The notes below the pieces were generated by a model, which made no database searches, was not told the DNA's origin, and saw only the letters and a program-made list of their open reading frames with translations. Positions 56,502 to 64,000 of a stretch of 64,000 nt of DNA are shown here, in pieces. Source of the stretch: a phage; NCBI GenBank assembly GCA_036436775.1, contig GCA_036436775.1_3676.1, one strand, 5' to 3'. The stretch's first letter is position 1. The number at the start of each line of letters is the position of its first letter. The position numbers and the translations under genes were made by a program.

Positions 56502-59500
56502 TATTCAACACTCTCCATCATAAGTTGGGTATCTGTCAGCGCAGAGTTCCAAACTCTTATGTCCTTAATATGACCAAACAAATGTCTTTCTCCTGTTGCC
56601 GTTTGACCACCGATACGGATGAAAGCTCCTCCTGCCAGGAACTCCCAAGAAGACTGTGTTTCAGTGCTCACCAGTCCGTTAGCAAAAGAGCAAGTTTTAC
56701 CGTCTTCTTTTATCCTGAACCCCATCTTCAGTTTACGCGCTTTAGCCATCTCGTAGACACGTCTGTTTGACCCTCCAATATCGCAGTATGGATACCCATC
56801 CTCTGCAATATTTGTTGCAGAACCAAACCCGAGAATAAAAGCTGCGCTCGACTGGTGTCCTTCTGTGTCTATAACCCTAGGGGCTGCGTTAGGAGCTTTG
56901 CCCCAACCTCTCCAGTTAGCATCCACAGTAGCGGCGATAGTGAACGGTCTAGGTGCTAAGTTATCCGTCATCGGGAATTTGCAAAGGTCTGCCGCTCTAG
57001 TTACAGGTGAAGATCCTGTGGGAATAAACGAGGACTCGCAAGAACCTAACTCAAATTGAGGTATTGCAACATCAACCCAATCCCCTACAACATGCTGAGC
57101 ACCTTCAGGTGGAGAAATCTGGAACTGGCACCCGATATTCTTGTCAGAGGCCACTGCCTCAAACGTAGCGGCAATCCTTACCCAAGCAGGTCCGGCTGTT
57201 TGCCATCTCTCAGCTTTTACTTTAATTCTCCCAGCTGCACCACCTGTTGTTTTAACTTCAAGTGTTGACAGGTTAACATAAGCGTCACCTTGGAATACTG
57301 TGGTGGATCCGTCATACATGTCGAATCTTACACGTAATCTCTGGTTCGCTTTACCTCCCCTTGCAATAATAGACCCAGTACAGAATTTCTCAGCACCTGT
57401 CACATCGGCACCTCTGGTGGCTGGAACTGTAGCAATGTTTAACGCTGTTGTTTCCACACCGGATGCAGTGTTTACTGTAAATCTTGCACCTTTTGTGCCG
57501 TTGGTGTTTGTTACAGTACCACCAACAGTAATCTGTTGACTGGCTCCCCATTTACTAGGGTCTTCACTGTTAAGCATTAGGTTTGTCCTTTGCCCTTCAA
57601 TAAGCAGACCATCTCTTTCAAACCGAGGCTGATCGTTCTGAGCAGTAACCATCACACCGCGTTTAGAAAAGTATGTTGCTGTAGAAGGTCTGGAGAATAC
57701 CATCTCTCCCTCACCAAGTGCAGGTTTTAAGTTGGAGGTCAAAGGTAACCAAAGATCAGGCATAACTGGGGCGGTTGTGCTTTCCGGGAAGCTTGTTCTC
57801 TTCCAAGGACTCCAAGCCATTCCACTACCAGTGTTATTATAATACCTTTCCCATGTTCCACCAAGGTACATCTTGTAGATCTGAATACAGCCCGTGCCCT
57901 CGTTAGCAGAGTTTCTAAGCACAATCAGCGTACCAGCCATCTGCTGTCCAGGCGGGTAATGTCTTTCAGCTGTAGCGTTAGCATTCGCCTCTTGATGGTA
58001 GATACCTTCACGATCTGCTTTATAATCGTTAAGGTCGCTATTCCCCAGCCCTTGACCACGGTGCTGAATAACCTTGTTCCACGCTCTGTGATTTCCCTGC
58101 TCTATGGAACGAGTATATAGCTGATCTAATCGGCCTGCTATCTGGAAAGCATAGTTCCCAGAGAATGCCACAGACAACCCGCCAACAACCATCGAACCTT
58201 CAGGCCCGTTAACATTACCAGCCATTATTTTAGAAGGGTTGTTATTCCCGAACTGGTTGTTCCAGTCTGCACCTGTGTGGCATACAAAACCACCAGGAGC
58301 TGAGAAAGTGCCATCTTTGTTGAAGTTGTAGAATCTATGGGATGAACCAACAACATCTCTAACAATGACCTGACCAGCCTCTGGGGTAGACCTGAACTCT
58401 GCCTGACCTTTGAGACCAGCACCATTACCGCATTTAGAGGTAAATGTACCGTTAGTTAAGTCCTCTGTCCCATCTGATGCACACTGGAATCCTGCATTAG
58501 AGAATAAAGCCTTTCTAGGGCTGCCGTAGCACAAATAGTCAAGACCGTCTGCCCATAGCTCGACTTTTGGCATATTCATTTTGCTCATCACAGCATAGCG
58601 TTCAGCAGTGCCTATATAGTGCCACTGTGTACCGCCGCCAGTGTAGAATCCAGAGGTACCTTTGAAGTCAACAATAGGTCGGGTGTTGGTATTGTTATCT
58701 CCAAGAACAGCAAGATTCAAATCTGCCGACTGGAGAGGTGCAACAAACTTAACCCCGTCCTGATTGTTTGTTACAGAACCAACCTGGTAGTCTTGTTCTT
58801 TGGTAAACACCTCTAAAACATTTCTACTTGCGTATATGCTGACAGGGAAAGCACGCGCCTCTGCATAGAAAGCAACATATTCTTGTTTACCCCTTGTTGG
58901 AGCAACCATCCCAAGAATTGCTTTTTCATTCTGGTAGAAATTTACTACTCCGTAGAAAGAGTCCCCTCTATCTGTCCACCCACCAGTTCTATAATGACAC
59001 TGTAAGGTAGCACAGTTCATGGGGTCACCACCAGATGACGACCTAGTAACTATGGTAATATCGGTGCCAGTAGCTGGAGCATAATACGGATCTGTTCTAA
59101 CTATAATTGGGTAGTATTTCCCATCTTCCATCCCTGCGGTTCTTGGCAGCGTTAAGAAATCTTTTACGCCTGCAGCTATAGGAACTCTAAACAGATTCTG
59201 AGCCTCTGCCAAAGTTGTAGCTCCAGTACCACCTGCGGCTTGCGGTAAAGGTTCCCACTTGGCCTTCCGGTTGTTATAAACACCCCATTCCAGAGTGCCG
59301 TTACCGGATTCATCCATCCCGCCATCCCAGATGACCATCTTGGCGGCTTTCTTGGATCCCCAGAAGCCTCTTTCTGCTCCTGAACTACGGATCCACTCTC
59401 CGAGTCCCCAGTTTGTCAGCTGACCAGTAAGATCCCCAACCTGCATGTATTTAGGGCAGTCTAGCACGCCGTCTTCGCGGAAACCTAAATATCTATGGGT

Positions 59501-60940
59501 TTCAGATCCTTTTGCACCTTTGTGCAGGTGGATTGTCAACCAAGCCTTATTGTCGTTTCTTACCTCAGAATAGATCCTATAACCATGCTCAAGAACACCA
59601 TCAGTATTATATTTATCTCCATGGAGAATACCTGAGGCAGATTTAACATCTCCAGAGTATTGAGCTAAGTAAAGGTGCCCGAAGGCTGGTGAGTTGTTTT
59701 TACCAAGGCCGATATGAGATCTGAAGGTATCATCGTTACGAGGTCTGACCATCGGCTGCCATGCAGTCCACTGATTTGTGTTGGCCTGATAGGTTCTCAA
59801 ATACCAAACATCTACGTTAGAGAATGGATAGTATTCCTGACGACAACCTGCACCACCGTTAGCATTGTTCTGCCAAACAATCAGGTGACCAGCACCAGAA
59901 CCTGCTGGGTAACCATTTACCTCGGTGGCATTGGCAGTCATGGGCTGGTAGTATACACCATCCTGATTGCCAGTCAAATTGTTAATATTGAAATTTGCCT
60001 CAAGGGCTGCACGTTGTTTATAAAAAGTTCCTAAATTAATACGTGCACCTGCGGCATCTCTGGCACCTGTACCACCTTGCTCTATAGCAAGAGGTTGCCA
60101 TGAAGATGTCTGTTGGTTCCACATGCCCCAACGACCTGTTGCATCAAGCTGCAAGTACCCGGCTGTGTTTACATCATCACCAGCACGAATAACGGTTCTT
60201 GTTGGGTTGTTTGCCTCTAGGCGTTTAAATTCATCACGAAGTGCTATTCTTTTTGTTGTTGCTACACCGTTGGTTACTGCAATGGTATACATAGCTCCGG
60301 AGGTAGCGCCACGGAAAATACCATCAACAGTTGTAGTATCACGACGAGATACCACACCGTTCAGGAATTTTTCACCAGCTGCTACGGAAGGGTAGTTAGT
60401 AGTTCTTCCCTCTTCAATAACTGCAGGGCCAACAAAATTGACAAGGTGAATAACATCGCCTACAGTGTGCACGGTACCAAAATCTACCCGCTGTGCAAGT
60501 GCTTTAGCATCGTTGGCGGTCTTAACTGTAACATCCATTACATCCTGGACAGACTGACCTTCAGCTGTCATAATCATGGATGCGCCAATAGTTGATTCCA
60601 GCTCCTCTCTTAATGATGGATCTGTATATACCATCCATGCAGCATCAGTAATCCCACCATCGGAGTACGGTGAAGACAGTGCAGGAACGGTGTGCGGAAA
60701 TTCGCCTTTCCAACGCAGGTAGAGGTCTTCCTCTTCGAAGTAGGCAAAATCCATTGGGCCGTTTAACTTACCACCTTCCTTAAAGGAGATTACATGAGAA
60801 ACAGTCCCATCCACATGGACAACATCGCCAATTTTTACACGACGAGTCAGGTCTGGTTGTTGAACAACCAGGTAATCATCCTCTGTCACTGCGGTAGTGG
60901 CAGGAAGAGATTCAATTCTGACAACTTTAATATCAGCCAT
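56501..60940 (-). CDS. long tail fiber protein (1479 aa)
   Basis: Two copies of the fiber-type motif (IEQGGTGARDAAGARINLG and QAAGGTGATTLAEAQNLF); beta-rich composition; not tape-measure-like. Confidence 0.55.
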   Translation of the reverse strand: MADIKVVRIESLPATTAVTEDDYLVVQQPDLTRRVKIGDVVHVDGTVSHVISFKEGGKLNGPMDFAYFEEEDLYLRWKGEFPHTVPALSSPYSDGGITDAAWMVYTDPSLREELESTIGASMIMTAEGQSVQDVMDVTVKTANDAKALAQRVDFGTVHTVGDVIHLVNFVGPAVIEEGRTTNYPSVAAGEKFLNGVVSRRDTTTVDGIFRGATSGAMYTIAVTNGVATTKRIALRDEFKRLEANNPTRTVIRAGDDVNTAGYLQLDATGRWGMWNQQTSSWQPLAIEQGGTGARDAAGARINLGTFYKQRAALEANFNINNLTGNQDGVYYQPMTANATEVNGYPAGSGAGHLIVWQNNANGGAGCRQEYYPFSNVDVWYLRTYQANTNQWTAWQPMVRPRNDDTFRSHIGLGKNNSPAFGHLYLAQYSGDVKSASGILHGDKYNTDGVLEHGYRIYSEVRNDNKAWLTIHLHKGAKGSETHRYLGFREDGVLDCPKYMQVGDLTGQLTNWGLGEWIRSSGAERGFWGSKKAAKMVIWDGGMDESGNGTLEWGVYNNRKAKWEPLPQAAGGTGATTLAEAQNLFRVPIAAGVKDFLTLPRTAGMEDGKYYPIIVRTDPYYAPATGTDITIVTRSSSGGDPMNCATLQCHYRTGGWTDRGDSFYGVVNFYQNEKAILGMVAPTRGKQEYVAFYAEARAFPVSIYASRNVLEVFTKEQDYQVGSVTNNQDGVKFVAPLQSADLNLAVLGDNNTNTRPIVDFKGTSGFYTGGGTQWHYIGTAERYAVMSKMNMPKVELWADGLDYLCYGSPRKALFSNAGFQCASDGTEDLTNGTFTSKCGNGAGLKGQAEFRSTPEAGQVIVRDVVGSSHRFYNFNKDGTFSAPGGFVCHTGADWNNQFGNNNPSKIMAGNVNGPEGSMVVGGLSVAFSGNYAFQIAGRLDQLYTRSIEQGNHRAWNKVIQHRGQGLGNSDLNDYKADREGIYHQEANANATAERHYPPGQQMAGTLIVLRNSANEGTGCIQIYKMYLGGTWERYYNNTGSGMAWSPWKRTSFPESTTAPVMPDLWLPLTSNLKPALGEGEMVFSRPSTATYFSKRGVMVTAQNDQPRFERDGLLIEGQRTNLMLNSEDPSKWGASQQITVGGTVTNTNGTKGARFTVNTASGVETTALNIATVPATRGADVTGAEKFCTGSIIARGGKANQRLRVRFDMYDGSTTVFQGDAYVNLSTLEVKTTGGAAGRIKVKAERWQTAGPAWVRIAATFEAVASDKNIGCQFQISPPEGAQHVVGDWVDVAIPQFELGSCESSFIPTGSSPVTRAADLCKFPMTDNLAPRPFTIAATVDANWRGWGKAPNAAPRVIDTEGHQSSAAFILGFGSATNIAEDGYPYCDIGGSNRRVYEMAKARKLKMGFRIKEDGKTCSFANGLVSTETQSSWEFLAGGAFIRIGGQTATGERHLFGHIKDIRVWNSALTDTQLMMESVE

Positions 60941-60954
60941 TCTTTCTCCTGAAA

Positions 60955-60971
60955 GGGGGCAAACAGCCCCC
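60955..60971 (-). promoter_or_regulatory. intergenic hairpin between the 865 aa gene and the fiber gene
   Basis: GGGGGC-N5-GCCCCC with a weak T-tract, followed by RBS AGGAGAAAGA. Confidence 0.3.
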
Positions 60972-60975
60972 TATG

Positions 60976-63573
60976 TTAAAGGTACAATCCACGGTATTGA
61001 GCATAAAGGCCCAGACCGCGAAGGATTTCGCCAGAGTGATAGCCAACCGGATCAGAAACTGCCCAGCAGCCGTTTAAAACATTATCCCCATTAATGAAGT
61101 GGTGCTTTTGCAGTAGCTTCACACAGGCCTCTACAACAATATCTATTTGGGGTATTGTCTCTGAATACCCGCACAGACCTAGCCAGCAGCAACCTGCAAG
61201 CCATTCACCTACCACCCACATCCTGTCGCCTCTATCTTGATAAGAATATCCCCCAGAGGTGTTAAAGTCTGTAGGTAGATTTCCTGAATGAGATGACTGG
61301 AATCTGTTGAGGAACCATGCCCATTTCTGGCAGAACAGGAATAATCTTTCATCAACAGGTTCTTTATGGTTCTTGAGCTCATAGATTGTGCGGCACGCAG
61401 CAACAAAAGATCTTGACTGGAGCTTAGAGTTATCTACCATCTCCCACCAACCAGTCAACCCTTCATTACCTCTTTGCCATACATAACGTGAGGCAACTGG
61501 ACCCTCTGTCTTAAATGTATTATTATACCAGACTTGAGCGTCATACAGAAAGCCTATTGTATTTGACAATCTATGGCGATCTATGTTTTCTGCACCCATG
61601 CAGTAGACTGCTGGGTATTGCATGCCTGGGTAGGGCCAATTTGGCCTTTCCTCTAAGAGATAGTTTTCCTTATCTATCACCTTTCCGGCAGGGAACACAC
61701 CTGGTGTGTGCCTGTATGCACCTTGCTTGTAGTTTCTGACATAGCAATCACCAACCTTAGCGGTTGATTCTGTCTTGCTTGCCATCCATACGCTAAACCA
61801 GATTAGATAAGCATCCCTATCTGCAATATAGAATTGCGGCAGTGTGTTGACGCAATATAGATCAAACAAGCCATTACCTATCTGCCTGTCGCTTAGGCTG
61901 AAATCTACAGAGGTGAGTCCCTTAGGATTAGCAAAGAAAGGTTTAATCTCTTCTTCAGTGTGATGAGGTTGTGTCGGATCTAGTTTGAAATCTCCTAGAG
62001 TAAGAGTTTCTGTCATCCATTGTCCATTAGTGGCATATAGATCAGCATACCATAACCACCTATCTTTGTCAAGAAATTTGACCCTTACCATCTCATCATC
62101 TGATCGATAAGTTACTGAGTTTAAAGAAATCTCTCTTCCAAAATTGAAAGTTACTTTGCCTCTTGCTATATTACAACGGGTGAAGTTGTCAGAGTGGTTG
62201 TAAATGTCAGTATCGTACTGCATACTAACACTGGCACCACCGCTCACGGCAATGTTTTCCTCTTTAGGTAAGAGGTACGGATTACCGTCTTTACCAACCA
62301 CCTCTACGAAATCAGTAACCTTGGCAACTATTTCTGTTACCTCTGCCCCTCCAAAAGGAACCCCTATCCTGTACTGTTTTTTGTTATTGTTGCCATCATT
62401 AAGGATGAAATGTGGCTGGAACAGAACCCCCTCCCCTCCGAAATTCATGACAATTTCAGCATCTCTGCCTATTTTGTAGGTGGTACCTTTTTGAATTATT
62501 TCGCAAGGCTGGCGTGCGTTCATTCTAAAATTGATATACCCGTCACTGTCTCTGCTCGTGACAGGAACTGTTCCTGCAACAAGACAAGTACCATCTGTAA
62601 ATGGTGCCTTAATCAACGTGGTCTTTCTAAACAGTTTGTCGTAAGCGTTTATATCACTGAAATTAAGCAACTTGTTGTAAGACTGTTTAAACGCGGTGTG
62701 ATACTTTTCCTCACCTGTCAGGGTGTAGAGTTGATAACAAGCGTCACACCACATTTCTTCCCCGTCCAACTCTGGGGCTTGATTGTCTGCAACCACGTTT
62801 ATAGGATTCACAATTACAGGGGATCCGGCAGGGATCACCGATCCACCCCGCTCTTGAGGTAATCTTACACAATAGGTCACTTTGTGGTTGCCTGTAACAC
62901 CCTTATCTTGTAATTGGATTGTGCCAAACTCTACAGACGTATGACCACTATCAGCTATGCTACCGTTAGCCCAATAGCGATTACCATCCCATGCTATATA
63001 CCACTCAACCCACCAACTTAATCCGGATGTTGTCCAATCTGGGTTATCATCTGTGCCACCGTAAACATCAGAGTCTACAGTGTTTCTTCCTAACACACCG
63101 TTATACGCTTGGAATGCCTTGTCAAGGTATTCACCCCATGTCGGAGATCCAGCTGGGATTTTTCCTCTACCGTTGGTAAAAGACACCACTACATCTTTAA
63201 ACCCACCATGTGATGGAACCCCGTCTGTGGATAGAGGGTAGTGGGACAATCTTTGCATTTTACTTTCTACTGCATATGCACCCAGAAGATGGCTATTGTA
63301 AGCTTCCCAAGCATCTTTTGCCCTATCCAAGTAAAAATCGCTTTTCGATGCCCTGTATGCTTCAATGTACCCCAGAATCAACACAGCTTGGGCCTCATGC
63401 ATTGCCCAATCATTATTTATCTTATTACCTGCCCACCCTGCAGCTATAAGACCATCAGGGTTCACTAACTTATTTTGTGTAGGGGTGTTGGTAATACCTG
63501 TGTTGTTATCGAGGCACTTCCTGTGCCCCTCAATCATCTGAAATACGTTATCAATGTTGTGTTGAATACGCAT
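60976..63573 (-). CDS. large tail-associated protein (865 aa), possibly glycan-binding or glycoside-hydrolase-like
   Basis: W/Y/G-rich sequence reminiscent of alpha/alpha-toroid glycosidases; in tail module; fold assignment speculative. Confidence 0.3.
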   Translation of the reverse strand: MRIQHNIDNVFQMIEGHRKCLDNNTGITNTPTQNKLVNPDGLIAAGWAGNKINNDWAMHEAQAVLILGYIEAYRASKSDFYLDRAKDAWEAYNSHLLGAYAVESKMQRLSHYPLSTDGVPSHGGFKDVVVSFTNGRGKIPAGSPTWGEYLDKAFQAYNGVLGRNTVDSDVYGGTDDNPDWTTSGLSWWVEWYIAWDGNRYWANGSIADSGHTSVEFGTIQLQDKGVTGNHKVTYCVRLPQERGGSVIPAGSPVIVNPINVVADNQAPELDGEEMWCDACYQLYTLTGEEKYHTAFKQSYNKLLNFSDINAYDKLFRKTTLIKAPFTDGTCLVAGTVPVTSRDSDGYINFRMNARQPCEIIQKGTTYKIGRDAEIVMNFGGEGVLFQPHFILNDGNNNKKQYRIGVPFGGAEVTEIVAKVTDFVEVVGKDGNPYLLPKEENIAVSGGASVSMQYDTDIYNHSDNFTRCNIARGKVTFNFGREISLNSVTYRSDDEMVRVKFLDKDRWLWYADLYATNGQWMTETLTLGDFKLDPTQPHHTEEEIKPFFANPKGLTSVDFSLSDRQIGNGLFDLYCVNTLPQFYIADRDAYLIWFSVWMASKTESTAKVGDCYVRNYKQGAYRHTPGVFPAGKVIDKENYLLEERPNWPYPGMQYPAVYCMGAENIDRHRLSNTIGFLYDAQVWYNNTFKTEGPVASRYVWQRGNEGLTGWWEMVDNSKLQSRSFVAACRTIYELKNHKEPVDERLFLFCQKWAWFLNRFQSSHSGNLPTDFNTSGGYSYQDRGDRMWVVGEWLAGCCWLGLCGYSETIPQIDIVVEACVKLLQKHHFINGDNVLNGCWAVSDPVGYHSGEILRGLGLYAQYRGLYL

Positions 63574-63574
63574 C

Positions 63575-63955
63575 TTAGATAGCTCCTGCGATAATCAGTG
63601 CTCCGTACCAAGTTAACCCGTTGTCGTAGGTTTCCAACTTGAAAATGTCTGTTGCACCAGCTGTAAATGTTAGGATAGGATCTCTTCCGTAGGCCCATTT
63701 AACATTATCAGGCCAATAGACTTTGTTGCCGCCAGCGGTCTGAGTAATGCATACGGTTATAGTTCTCGCCACCCCTTCAAGACCTTCTGTTTGATTTTCA
63801 AAAGAGATTGTGGTATTTGAAGTTAGTCGAACTTTAAAGGTGTCTGCAACTTCAAGATCCATATCAAGCTGACCACCGATAGACCCGTAATCAACTATCC
63901 TGCCAGAAGAAGTTGCAGCAAGCTCACCAAAAACAGACCATGCTTTTGCAGACAC
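63575..63955 (-). CDS. small structural protein (126 aa)
   Basis: Coupled to the 865 aa gene; GTG start. Confidence 0.4.
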   Translation of the reverse strand: MSAKAWSVFGELAATSSGRIVDYGSIGGQLDMDLEVADTFKVRLTSNTTISFENQTEGLEGVARTITVCITQTAGGNKVYWPDNVKWAYGRDPILTFTAGATDIFKLETYDNGLTWYGALIIAGAI

Positions 63956-64000
63956 ACCCCCAGCACCCTCTACAGTGGAGTCTGGGAGGATTATTTTAGG

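Noticed and set aside
56501-60940. 1479 aa protein as the tape measure protein
   Set aside because: Sequence is beta-rich with fiber-type GGTGA...NLG motifs and lacks the long helical, Ala/Gly-rich repeats of tape measure proteins
3700-63500. Numerous plus-strand ORFs antisense to long minus-strand genes (for example 4803-5288, 5817-6341, 19497-19967, 38663-39118, 52808-53395) and minus-strand ORFs antisense to plus genes (for example 29987-30475)
   Set aside because: Fully embedded in the opposite-strand frame of well-supported genes, no RBS, biased composition typical of antisense frames
1-64000. tRNA genes and CRISPR arrays
   Set aside because: No T-loop GTTCRAWTC-type motifs in cloverleaf context and no regularly spaced short direct repeats were seen; by-eye scan only, so tRNAscan-SE or Aragorn should confirm

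Overview
This 64 kb window is entirely tailed dsDNA phage sequence; no tRNA, rRNA or CRISPR array was found. Layout: (i) 1-11.9 kb, a minus-strand early region of about 30 small genes driven by a family of sigma70-like promoters, with a macro-domain protein, acidic proteins and a putative SSB ending in the E. coli SSB tip DDDIPF; (ii) 11.5-28.3 kb, a minus-strand T7-like replication module: family A DNA polymerase split by a group I intron at motif C, Toprim/DnaB-type primase-helicase, C5-methyltransferase-like protein, Dda/RecD-like helicase, a GHKL ATPase, a SleB-like cell wall hydrolase and a MoxR-type AAA+ ATPase; (iii) 28.4-35.4 kb, a plus-strand island starting at a divergent promoter pair: HNH-like ORF, HExxH+VWA protein, four tandem small paralogs, HAD phosphatase; (iv) 35.5-64 kb, a minus-strand tail and adsorption module with a lambda J-like tip protein, GTA-like NlpC/P60 and distal tail genes, a 1479 aa fiber, a duplicated fiber cassette and a 1878 aa distal protein. 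Most notable: the polymerase intron, a perfect 27 bp inverted repeat bracketing the HNH/divergent-promoter segment, the split MoxR/VWA pair, the GHKL ATPase, and a repeat-rich noncoding region with Fur-box-like sequences. All calls rest on reading the translations and motifs by eye; no database search was run.
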